From Catajapyx aquilonaris (lineage: Eukaryota), in NCBI GenBank assembly GCA_000934665.2, contig JYFJ02004026.1, positions 1 to 35,448 of the forward strand: a stretch of 35,448 bases of DNA, read 5' to 3'. Below the pieces are notes generated by a model. That model was not told where the DNA came from. It worked only from the letters and a program-made list of their open reading frames with translations, and made no database searches. Shown piece by piece: positions 24,370 through 35,448 of this stretch. Position numbers and translations under genes: made by a program. Position 1 is the stretch's first letter, and each line of letters starts with the position of its first letter.

Positions 24370-24903
24370 GTTGAGGTCCAGATCCCACGGCTGAGTGTGA
24401 GGATTAACTGAGGGACTCCGGCCTTTTATTGCCACAATTGCTAGGTACGTAATCAGTTGATATACAGTATGTCACACCTGGTTGGTTTACGGTCAGACAT
24501 GAACATGTGCGAGCAGGAATTACCATTTTGCTTGTACTGCAGGTCTGTACTGTGACGATTTATTACTACAGAAATGTCACACTCTTGCAATGAATGGCTG
24601 TGAACAATGTAGGAAAATTCTGAGCAGACATTTTTCTACCAGATTGAGTGATAGACTGATAGAGGAAACATGTCAGGTGTGTTTACATGTGAGCGATTTG
24701 AACAACGAAATCTTCACCGAGGCTGAAATCAACAATCGATTTTCGCCTCAAACCATATTGATTACTTGGGTTACTCAGCCACGGCGAACATATCTCTCGT
24801 CAAATCGCTCACATGTAAACGCAGCTTCATAACCAACAATAGCATTACCCATAAGCAGAAATTGAAAATATCAATCATCAAAATCAAACCCAAGTATTAA
24901 TAT

Positions 24904-25186
24904 AATAATAATAATAATTCGTACCCCGTGACAAGCCGGCGGCTTTTTAGGGGATTTTTTTTGTTTTGTCTGGAACTCTTCGCTTTCACTTTTTACTTAG
25001 CTTTTTGGGATAGGATAGGGACGGAAGGCTGTGGCCTATTTTTACGGAAACAACTCCGGAATTCTCCTGGAGGAACCGTGGGAAACCACAGAAAACCACG
25101 GTTAGAGTTGCCGGCACCAGGATTCGAACCCAGGACCTCCCGATTAGCAGTCGGACTCCTTAACCACTACACCAACTGCTTCGGTT
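24904..25186 (-). mobile_element. tRNA-derived SINE, family A
   Basis: A box and B box (GGTTCGAATCC), (ATT)n tail, 15-bp TSD CCCAAGTATTAATAT. The empty site is visible in the paralogous sequence near 18968. Confidence 0.9.
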
Positions 25187-25686
25187 CCCAAGTATTAATA
25201 TTTCGGATCTTATCCAGTTTCACTTAGACACATTCAACTCCATGCTTTAACAATTTAACTGCCAAACTTGGAAAGCACATGAGTAAAATATATTATAGCA
25301 GTTGTATATTTCTTCGAAAATAATTGGTATATATGCTGCAATTGATAAATCTAATTTTTATTGTTGCCTTCATTGTTTTGCTCTTCATATCTCTAGAGAT
25401 ACACTGCCAAATCAGGTATATCGGGATATCGCAAGGAAAACAAAGATGTATGGAATATTGGAATGATAGGTGATCCCTGTACATCACCAACATAATCAGA
25501 TCATATTATGTTATTACAAAGAGGAACGGTTTTTTTCCCACTTCCATAACAAGAAGTGACCTTCCATAAAATGTTCTGGTACTTATTTCAACCTAAGAGA
25601 AATGTATTTTATTAGCCACTTCTGGAAACTGAGTCACGCTGGACTACACTTGGCAGGGATACGTATGTTAATTGTCAATCTTATTA

Positions 25687-25939
25687 GGGCAACACGGTGG
25701 CAGAGTGGTTAGCGCCGCAGCCTTCCACCTCTAAGGTCCCGAGTTCGATCCCCGGACCGGACAGAGTATGCTTATGTGGATAGAGTTTCGATGGGTTCTC
25801 TCCGTGTTCGCGTGGGTTTTCTCGGGGAACTCCCGTTTCCTCCCGCTATCAAAATCCATCACAGCGCAGGCAATGATTAAAGTCGGTTAAATAAAAGATG
25901 ATCCCCTAAGAGGCCCAAGGAGGCCTAGCACGGGGTATC

Positions 25940-26015
<76 letters not shown>

Positions 26016-26024
26016 GTTATTATT
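25687..26024 (+). mobile_element. tRNA-derived SINE with V/Meta-SINE-like core
   Basis: TGGCAGAGTGG A box, GTTCGATCCC B box, core GTTCTCTCCGTGTTCGCGTGGGTTTTCTCGGGGAACTCCCGTTTCCTCCC, long (ATT)n tail, 16-bp TSD ATTGTCAATCTTATTA. Confidence 0.9.
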
Positions 26025-26216
26025 ATTGTCAATCTTATTACACTCAAAATTGGTCAGAAGTTGGTCTGATCACATGCTTCATGTCCTCGGTGGAACTAAT
26101 TGTCTCTCTCTCAAAATCATGTTACGGCAATAAAAATAAGGATTGTTCTTAAATGTGCGCCGCGCCACTTCTTCGTGCAACATGTTCCTAGTGTATGCAA
26201 TGCGTGTAATCTATAG

Positions 26217-26300
26217 AAGCTCGTCAAACTGCTTATAAATTTCAGATTATGAGTGCATCTCGTTAGCTTTCAGGACCGTTTCAAACGTCATCATATCACA
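26217..26300 (+). pseudogene. Remnant of the ankyrin gene's last intron and terminal exon
   Basis: AAATTTCAGATTATGAGTGCATCTCGTTAGC aligns with 15695-15725; no upstream exons are present. Confidence 0.7.
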
Positions 26301-26317
26301 CATCCTTGTCCGATGTA

Positions 26318-26371
26318 TTTTATTCTATTTATTTTTAATTTAATTTACCCCGTGTTCGAGCCTTTGGCTCG
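26318..26371 (-). mobile_element. 5'-truncated retroposon tail
   Basis: CGAGCC-aaa-GGCTCG hairpin, ACGGGGTA, A-rich tail; 18-bp TSD ACATCCTTGTCCGATGTA. Confidence 0.8.
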
Positions 26372-26407
26372 ACATCCTTGTCCGATGTAAGAAGGTTGAA
26401 ATGTATA

Positions 26408-26708
26408 ATAATGATAATAATAATAATAACATCTTACCCCGTTATCAGCCTTTTTCGGCTCTTTAGGGGGGGGTTTTTGTTTTGTCTGGAACTCTTGCTT
26501 ACATGTTTACTTTTTGCTTTTTGGGATAGGATAGGGAAGGAAGGAGGCGGCTGTGGCCTTTTAAATTAGAAAGCAACCCCGGAATTCTCCTGGAGGGACC
26601 GTGGGAAACCACAGAAAACCATGGTTAGAGTTGCCGGCCCTGGGGCTCGAACCCAGGACCTCCCGGTTAGCAGTCGGACCCTATAGCCACTCCGCCAAAC
26701 TGCTTCGG
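26408..26708 (-). mobile_element. tRNA-derived SINE, family A
   Basis: Aligns with 24904-25186; near-perfect TSD TTGAAA(T/A)GTATA. Confidence 0.88.
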
Positions 26709-27305
26709 TTGAAAAGTATATTTCAACATGGAGGTCGTAAATTAAGTGCTGGTCTACTTGTATATTCAATACCTGTTTACAACATGCAATTTAAATGTGA
26801 AATGTGTTCAATGTGCATGGGGCATTGTGCTAATTTGTTGTTCATGTATTGAGTGTCATTACACAACATCAAGAGATATGGTTTATCATTAGTGAAGGAG
26901 ATCGTACGTTTCCAATATGTTTTTATTTATTTTAATGTCTAATTAATGCTAACAAGCTCATCTGCCGGTGTTTGGCAGCCAAGGCTCTTCTAATGAAATC
27001 TGCTGACGAGATGTCCGTCGTCCCTAGTCTTCGTCGGTCATGCACTTCTTCATGCACTGGCGGTATTTACCTGAAACGAATTAAGGCAGTGTTACATACT
27101 GATTGTTAACAGCAATTGCTCATTACCCTGTTTCACACTTGACACTACAGTAATGAAATCAGCATAAATGTCAGTCAGCAATGATCAGTGTTCAATGAGG
27201 ACAAATTGGCCTTTCTTGACTAGGACTACTTTTATGTGTCTGCTCATTGATTCAGTAAGTTAAAGGAGTCGATTACTTACATCCGGTAGCAGCAAGGTGA
27301 GGGTA

Positions 27306-29890
27306 TTAGTAGATACCTTGCACAAATCCAGGGCGACGTCGGCGGCCTCCCCAGTTCCTACCTCTCTTCCCACCTCGGAAAAGATCCTGTTCGCCCTTCA
27401 ACAACTTGGATCCCACTCGGCCCAGAATATTCTCCTCAGAAGATGAGCTGGAGCTACTGCTGGAGCTACTGCTGCTGCTTGAGCTACTGTGATGCCGAGC
27501 CTTTGGATGTCTCGTGGTGTGTTTAGGTCCATGGTGACCAGGTCGTGTAGGTCTGGTTACTGGACGTTTTGTGGTGGATGCGTGTCCTGGTCTCCTGGTT
27601 GAGCTCCTTGGGTGATGTTCTTCCGAGCTTGAACTGGAACTGGAACTGGAGCTATGCCCATGTCCTGGCCGCTTTGTGGTGTGTTTGGTAGGGTGATGTG
27701 TGGTTGGCTTAGATGGTTTTCTGGTGGTTGGCTTAGTACTAGGTCGCCCTGTGGTTGGCTTCGGTTGTGTTGTTGTAGGTTTGGTTCCTGGTCTCCTGGT
27801 TGAGCTCCTTGGGTGATGTTCCTCCGAGCTGGAACTGGAGCTGGAACTGGAGCTATGCCCATGTCCTGGCCGCTTTGTGGTGTGTTTGGTAGGGTGATGG
27901 GTAGTTGGCTTAGATGGTCGTACAGTGGTTGGTTTAGTACTAGGTCGTCTAGTGGTTGGTTTGAGTTGCGTTGTTGTAGATTTCGTAGTGGGTCGCCTTG
28001 TGGTCGATGTGCTTTTTGGACCATGTTCTTCCGAGCTGGAGCTGGAGCTGGAGCTGGAACTACTCCCACTATGCCCATGTCCTGGTCTCTTTGTGGTTGG
28101 CTTGGTAGGGCCAACTGTGGTTCCAGGATGTCCTGTGGTAGGTTTGGTTCCAGGATGTCCTGTGGTAGGTTTGGTTCCAGGATGGCCGGTTGTAGGCTTG
28201 GTGCTAGGTTTCCCTGTGGTGGGTTTGGTTCCTGGTTGTTTGGTTGTAGGCTTGGTACTGGGTCGCCTTGTGGTCGATGTGCTTTTTGGGCCATCTTCTT
28301 CTGAACTGGAGCTGGAACTGGAACTACTGCCACTGTCTCCAGATCCTGGCCCCTTCGTAGTGGGTTTGGTAGGACGACCTGTGGTTCCAGGATGTCCGGT
28401 GGTAGGCTTGGTGCTAGGTTTCCCTGTGGTGGGTTTGGTTGTGGGTCGCCTTGTGGTCGATGTGCTTTTTGGATCATGTTCTTCTGAACTGGAGCTGGAG
28501 CTGGAGCTACTTCCACTATGCCCATGTCCTGGTCTCTTTGTGGTGGGTTTGGTAGGGTGAGCTGTTGTAGGCTTGGATTCAGGACTAGCTGTTGTAGGCT
28601 TGGTGCTAGGTCGCCCAGTGGTAGGTTTGGAACTTGGTCGCCTTGTGGTCGATGTGCTTTTTGGGCCATGTTCTTCTGAGCTGGAGCTGGAGCTGGAACT
28701 GGAACTACTTCCACTGTGTCCAGATCCTGGCCGCTTTGTGGTTGGCTTTCTGGTTGTTGAACTGGAACCAGGCGTCTTAGTGGTTGAAGTAGTTCCAGGC
28801 TTGTTGGTGGTTGAAGTAGACCCAGGCTTGTCAGTGATTGAAGTGCTTCCAGACTTTATGGTTGTTGAAGTAGTTCCAGGCTTAGTGGTTGAAGTGCTTC
28901 CAGGCTTAGTGGTTGAAGTGCTTCCAGGCTTAGTGGTTGAAGTGCTTCCAGGCTTAGTGGTTGAAGTGCTTCCAGGCTTAGTGGTTGAAGTGCTTCCAGG
29001 CTTTATGGTTGTTGAAGTAGATCCTGGCTTGTGAGTGGTTGAAGTAGACCCAGGCTTCTTAGTGGTTAAAGTGCTTCCAGGGTTTATGGTTGTTGAAGTA
29101 GTTCCAGGCTTAGGGGTTGAAGTGGTTCCAGGTTTATTGGTTGTTGAAGTAGACCCAGGCTTGTCAGTGGTTGAAGTGCTTCCAGGCTTTATGGTTGTTG
29201 AAGAAGACCCAGGCTTAGTGGTTGAAGTGGTTCCAGGTTTATTGGTGGTTGAAGTGGTTCCAGGTTTATTGGTGGTTGAAGTGGTTCCAGGTTTATTGGT
29301 GGTTGAAGTGGTTCCAGGTTTATTGGTGGTTGAACTGGATCCAGGCCTCTTAGTGGTTGAAGTAGTTCCAGGCTTGTTGGTGGTTGAAGTGGTTCCAGGT
29401 TTGTGAGTGGTTGAAGTAGACCCAGGCTTGTCAGTGGTTGAAGTGCTTCCAGGCTTAGTGGTTGAAGTGGTTCCAGGCTTTATGGTTGTTGAAGTAGATC
29501 CCGGCTTGTGAGTGGTTGAACTGGATCCAGGCCTCTTAGTGGTGGTTGAAGTGGCTCCAGGTCTTGTTGTTGTGGGTGTGGATCCAGGTCGATCTGTTGT
29601 AGATTTAGTTCCAGGATGACTTGTGGTTGGCGTAGAACCTGGAGATCTTGTGCTGGAAGTCTCTGATGAACACGGGCGTTTAGTTGATGATTTGCCTTCA
29701 TGAGATCCAGATTCCAAGCTGCTTGATGTGGACGATCCTCGACGATCTGTAAGTGCAAATATGATTAAAGTTAATGTCGAATTGTAATCACCATTTTACA
29801 GGTGTTACCTGGATCTTCTCGAGCGGATCCAGATGCGATCAGCCCAATCACAACCAAGCAGAACACCACTGTCCTGATCTTTGAAGCCAT
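27306..29890 (-). CDS. Secreted mucin/glue-like protein, copy 3, 840 aa (exons 29890-29809, 29746-27306)
   Basis: Signal exon MASKIRTVVFCLVVIGLIASGSAREDP, expanded KPG(S/T)TSTT repeats, 7 S(n)EE blocks. Confidence 0.9.
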
Positions 29891-30655
29891 GTTGAGGTCC
29901 AGATCCCACTGCTGAGTGTGAGGGTTAACCGAGGGACTCCGGCCTTTTATTGCCACAATTGCTAGGTACGTACTCAGTTCATATAGGTCATAGCTGGTTG
30001 GTTTACGGTCGGATTTGAACATGTGCGAGCAGTAATTGCCATTTTGCTCGTACTGTAGGCCTACTGGGTATGTTCCGAACAATTTATTGCGACAGATATG
30101 TCACGCTCTTGCAATGAATGGCTGTGAACAGTGCTAGGGTTCATTGTTGGAAAAATTTGAGTGCAATTTATGGTCGCGGATTGGTCCTTGCCATTCCTAG
30201 TAAATTTAAACTGTCACAATATGACTTTTTTTTGGCGTTTAATAAATCATGTCGTAACAAAATTATGTGACATCTGTGATTTTGACATTTTCAGTACAGG
30301 AGTTGCTTATAATAATGTGTTGTGTAAAACATGTGCCTTTATACTTGATACATCATGCTGTATACGAAGCAAAAGAAAATGATTCCATATTTGATATTAT
30401 AAAATGTCAGGGATAAGTGTTTGGACGTAGGTGATGAAGCAAAGATTTGGTTATTTTTCTGGAACAAAAATATGGGCCAAAGACAAGGTAATGACAAAGA
30501 AATTGTACATTAAAATTCATATTTTAATGTTGTCGAATATTATGGTAAATGTTTTAACCATATTGTACTATACTAGGCATTTTTACACCACGAGGAAAGT
30601 CTGTAACTATAAAGAGATATTACAGTCATGTTGTAATTATTACATAATTAAATAT

Positions 30656-31020
30656 ACCATCAAACGGGGTGAGATTGTGCCACTTTTTGCGGTTTTTGGT
30701 TTGCAAGCAAACCAGAGTAATTGATATATCGAATCGAATATTTTATACGACATTGCTAGTCTCTCACCTTTCAGATCAAACTTGAAATTAATTTTTTTAT
30801 CTACTAAGAGAGGAGAGATATAAATTATTTTCCATGCCACAATTTCACCCCGTTGAGTGGGGTGAGATTGGGCCAGCCTATTTAAATTCTTGAAATGAGT
30901 AGGAAACTATAGTCATGGGTATACTCTCTGTAAAAATTAGCATCTTCAATATGTGATGATTTTTTTTTGAAACATGGCGCAATTAAAAACAGTGTAGTTA
31001 ACGAGGTGAGATTGTGCCAC
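30656..31020. mobile_element. DNA-transposon/MITE remnant
   Basis: TCAAACGGGGTGAGATTGTGCCA is inverted at about 30835-30856 and repeated near 30858 and 31002. The segment is absent from the paralogous block near 34730. Confidence 0.5.
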
Positions 31021-31248
31021 TGTGTTTCCCCAATTTCCCCCATTATTTCATTGATTTTCATGTGTGACAGTGATGGGAAAAGTTTACGTGAAGAAGTTCG
31101 GTCGGAATCTTTGGCAGAAAACATGGCTGACCGAATCACTGGCTCAAAAATATGAAAATTGCAATGGCATTAATTTTTCCTTTTGGGAAATGGCGCCGTA
31201 CGTGTGCCGTCCGATTTTTAATTGTCAACTCCACAGTCACAGTCGGTT

Positions 31249-31477
31249 GCCGAAGCAGGTTGGCATAGTGGATAGGGCGTCCGACTGCTAATCGGGAGGT
31301 CCTGGGTTCGAATCCCGGGGCCGGCAACCATAACCGTGGTTTTCTGTGGTTTTCCACGGTCTTTCTAGAATAATTCCGGGGTCACTTCCGTATAATAGGC
31401 CACAGCCGCTTCCTTCCTTCCCTATCCTTGGAGGTTGAATGGCAAATGCTGGGCCAACCTCCTTAAATATCAATTAA
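31249..31477 (+). mobile_element. tRNA-derived SINE, family A head with a different 3' tail
   Basis: TGGCATAGTGG and GGTTCGAATCCC boxes, same body as 24904; 14-bp TSD AGTCACAGTCGGTT. Confidence 0.9.
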
Positions 31478-32666
31478 AGTCACAGTCGGTTCGATCAGGT
31501 TCAAAGTTCACGAGCAATGTCACCAGAAGTCAAATGGAATATTTGCAACTTAAAACATTTTATTACAATAATTACACAACATTTTGTAGTTACGTCACTC
31601 TCATCTGGAGCCGTCACATTGTCATCGACTCCACTTCTCACAGGGTGAAGTAGTTTACTTTGAGGACAATAATTATTATTTGCTTGTATGACTAGTAGTT
31701 GTGACAACTTCACTGAAAAAAAACAACTGATTTATGCATAGGTAATCACAATACGAGATCAGGAGATTTTCTATCTAATTTAAGTCGATTCAAATTGTTT
31801 CACAGGCCTCTTCACATATTATTGTTAATTTTCAATCATATGTGAAGCAATATTAATAATTTTGTCACTGGCGATGAAGCTCATATAATTTTTCATTATT
31901 GTAAAAAAAATTATTTTGGTTCACAATATTGTGTAATTAAGCAAACAAGGCAGGAAAGAGCCTCACAGGGCTTTTAGCACCATGATATTCACAATTTTGT
32001 GAATTTTAATATATAAAATATTTATGATGGCTACTTATTAGAGCACCTTCTCACTCAATTTGTTGCACATTCATAGGTGTGATCGACTGCTTGAAGTGAT
32101 GGCATTCGTAGTGAACAGTAAACAATTTCAACAATCGACCTTGGCATTAATTGAAATTCAAGTTGCGAGAAGATTATTACATGGAAAATTTTGCATGATA
32201 AAGATTGGATAATGTTTGACTTTTCGACCAATTTTGCAGCCATGCTAGGATTGATCAATCAGAAATTGGGTTTTCCTAATCATGTGACATTATTTTGTAG
32301 AAACAATGTCAAATAATAGTGATATACTTGTCATGTAGCTGTCTGTTAAGTACGTACATTGCCTTTCATTACTTTCCAATGAGCTTTTTAAATATTTTTC
32401 TCTGCAGGACCCAAATATTTTTTTATCCATACACTTCAGATCACCTATACACAATAAATAGCATCATATCATTTTATCATGCCTTTATTATACTGATACG
32501 TGACTACAAATTAGCATTAATACTTTGACCCATAATTATGGACAGGTTTCAACATAATATAATTCCGATGACATTGCACACACTTGCATGGTACATTACA
32601 TTTTATATTATATTTCACATAATTTGTATAGTAATAATTGAAGAAAAAGTTGCATAAGTATGTATC

Positions 32667-33490
32667 TTACCCGAAGTTAGTCATTGCCTTAAACATTTTC
32701 TTGCCCGCGCTCATCATATCATCATTCTTTTTTCCCTTCTTGGAATCTTTACTTTCATCACTAATTGAAATGCTGATGCTGAAGGATTCTGATGAGTCAC
32801 TGGACTTATGTTTCTTATTTGAGCCTTTCTTGCCCGAGCCAGATTTGTCATCTGAAGACTTGTCCTGACCTCCAGGAAACAAATTATTCTTACCACCTTC
32901 CTTTGAAATGCTCATTGAGAAACTCTCATCACTACTTGGAAACTTGGCTGTAAAATCATCTTTCTTTGGAAAGCTGGCTGAAAAACTATCATCTGACATG
33001 CTCATTGACATGCTACCATCATCCTTTCCATTTCCGGACATTTCCTTACTGAACGAAATACTGAGTGAATCTGACTCTTTGGACTTGCTGGAATCGTCAT
33101 GTTTGGAGAAGTGATCTTTAAAGTCGTGTATCTTGTCCGAAATGTTGTGCTCCGCTTGATTCATTTTGCTGGCAGCGTCCTTTGCTTCTTCCGAGCTGAA
33201 GCTGGGCTTGCTGATGTCCATGCTGATTGATTCAGAAGAAGAGGATGAGCTGCTTGCATGCTTCTGCGATGCTGAAGAGTCGCCTTTTGACTCAGAAGAA
33301 GATGATGGCCTTTCAGTTGTCGGCTGGACCCAGAATCCTGTAATGATAAAAGGTGGCTTATTTTATCACAGGCACAGAAGACAGTTTGGATCCAAAAGCA
33401 ACCCCTTTTTAAAAAAAAAGTCTTACCCATGTTGCCATGAGCCAATCCTACAATGATGAGTCCGGCCAAGATGAACGAGAGAGGAGCCAT
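32667..33490 (-). CDS. Secreted Ser/Asp/Lys-rich protein with (Ser-X)n motifs, about 244 aa (exons 33490-33427, 33337-32667; 3' end may be spliced)
   Basis: Signal exon MAPLSFILAGLIIVGLAHGNM and phase-1 intron join in frame to the 184-aa ORF. GATATAAGG TATA near 33556. The apparent stop lies inside GG|GTAAGA, a probable splice donor. Confidence 0.85.
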
Positions 33491-34203
33491 GTTCTGCTTG
33501 GTTTGGTAGGGATCTGATTCCAAGTGTGAGTCTATCCATTGGAGGACCCTTCCTTATATCTCCAAAAATGGGGACGTCACACGGTGCTGAACACTTGCGA
33601 GGAGAAACATTGGGTGATATATAGTAGCAGAATGTGTCTGGCTGTGTTGACGAATGGCTGTTGGGCTAGGTGGGAACAATGGCTGGGTTGACTCCAGATG
33701 AAATTATGGGCGGATTTGATGTGACTCTGCGGTCATGGGCAGTCGCATGTCATCCTGGATGGGTTTATTTTGTCAAGGGCACATTTTGCGTCATACTACT
33801 CCAACAGATGGGATTGACGAGCGGATTTTGAAGTAGGCCTATGTATGCCTTTTTAGCTTTGGTGCTTTGTCTCTTTGGTGGAACGTTTTGTGGCAGCTAA
33901 TAAAGTTGTACTACAGTATAGGCACATTCATATTAGACTAGTAATATTCTGTACATAAGGGCAAACTATCAATGATATAATTGATGCTTTATTGGCTTCA
34001 AAAATGATAAAATACATGATTTAAATGATTATAAATCATTAAATTATAAAATGTCGGGGCAATGTTTTTGGACGTTGCTGGTGACGATGCAAAGATTTAG
34101 TTATTTTCTAGAACAAAGATATGGGCCAAAGACGAGATAATGACAAATATATTCAATATAAAATACATATTTTAATGTATTGTTGGATGCAACAGTGAAA
34201 TAT

Positions 34204-34573
34204 TATTTTTTAATTATTTTTATTTTTATTTTTAAATATTTCGTACCCCTTGATGGCCCTCTATGGGCCTTTCGGGGGGTGGCAGACCACCATACAGTTT
34301 TCTATTTAACTTCAATCTCCGTGCAACGACTGGTTCAGGATATAGGGTAGGGAAAGGGATTGTTGGGGAGGGGACACTTGTGCAGGTGCATTGTCCTATG
34401 GCTTTTGGGCCATGTGCAGTCCCCCAGGAGGTTAGGTTGCCAGACACCTCCTTGGTGCAGGTCAGAGACCCTCCCGACGCAGGTGAAAGGAAAGTTCCCC
34501 AGGCGGGGATCGAACCTGGGGCCTTTTCACTCAGCAAGCCGTGACGTTACCATCACGGCCACCACACCTCCCC
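34204..34573 (-). mobile_element. tRNA-derived SINE, third family
   Basis: TGGCCGTGATGG A box, GGTTCGATCCCC B box, hairpin+GGGGTACG+A-rich tail; 15-bp TSD GCAACAGTGAAATAT. Confidence 0.88.
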
Positions 34574-35448
34574 GCAACAGTGAAATATAAATCCGGTAGC
34601 ATTATTTCAGTGTTAATTTTTTAACATAAGAGTTTTAACCATATTATATATTAGGCCTTTTTACACAACAAGGAAGGTCTGTAGGCCCAACTAAGTAGAT
34701 ATTGATTGTTGTAATTATTACATACATGATAAAATACATGGTATTGTTAGTGCAAGAATTTTAGTTTCATCTATAGTTTGCAAATTTATGACGTAGACTA
34801 GACACGACACTCTAGCGTTAGGTTAAAATTATGATGAAATTATTGTGCTTTTTTGTTCTTGTTGTATTCTGTGCACATTTCTGTACATGAAGGAGCAAAG
34901 TCACCATTAGTCAAATGGAATATTTGCAACTTAAAACATTTTATTATTGCATACCATTTTGAAGTTATTACATCACTTTCAGCTGGACACGTCACAATAG
35001 CATCAACTCTGCTTGTATCAGGGTGAAGTAGTCTACCATAAGGACAATAATTATTGGCTTGCATTTTGTGTGACTAGTAGTAATTTATGTCAACTTCATG
35101 AAAATTCCGTCATTATGTGAAGGCGATCACAATACGAGATCGAGATATTTTCTTTGTAATTTCATTTGATTCGACTTGTCCCAAAGGTCTGTTCATATGT
35201 AGTCCATATTATCGATCGTATTTGAACAAATATTTATTTGGTCATTGGTGATGCCCACAGGAGTTTGCGATATTGTCAACATTTTATTTTCGTTCACAGT
35301 GGTATACTTAAAACGCACACAAGGCAGGATAGTCCGGAGGTTAAGCGACTTCACCTTGCATTTTGGTATTAAAGCATGCCGCTTTGCTGAATGACAATAT
35401 GGACCCTCCCCTTCATTTTAAGAAATGTTGCCACGGTCGGAACCCGTG

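Noticed and set aside
28860..29000. 24-bp tandem repeats resembling a CRISPR array
   Set aside because: No spacers; these are coding KPGSTSTT repeats in a eukaryotic gene.
17198..29406. Plus-strand Val/Gly/Leu-rich and ELELEL ORFs, and alternative-frame PAPAP/Gln ORFs
   Set aside because: Antisense or shifted-frame shadows of the repetitive Thr/Pro/Ser genes; no independent gene signals.
31249..31330. Possible tRNA gene (GCT anticodon loop)
   Set aside because: Lacks the Ser variable arm and a proper acceptor stem, continues into a SINE body, and is flanked by TSDs. The same applies to the other SINE heads.

Overview
Compact, intron-rich animal DNA, most likely arthropod (inferred from a MADF/BESS gene, SINE types and promoter motifs; the species cannot be named). 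I built the gene models by hand from GT-AG junctions that preserve reading frame. Left half, in order: a head-to-head inverted pair of tiny secreted-peptide genes, a C2H2 zinc-finger gene, a MADF(-BESS) gene followed by orphan C2H2 exons that probably share its 5' exons, PACRG, a divergent RNPS1-like gene and an ankyrin-repeat gene beginning MGNC. Right half: a tandem cluster of four minus-strand secreted-protein genes. Three are paralogues (529, 489 and 840 aa) in which basic Thr/Lys/Pro arms alternate with poly-Ser-Glu-Glu blocks; the fourth is a Ser/Asp/Lys-rich protein with (Ser-X)n motifs. By analogy to known phosphoserine-based glues and silks, this cluster is a candidate adhesive, cement or silk locus (inference). 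Mobile elements include two non-autonomous Helitrons (one exactly at a gene-duplication junction and carrying nested DNA elements), MITEs, and seven retroposon insertions with target-site duplications, six of which share a hairpin+GGGGTA tail.
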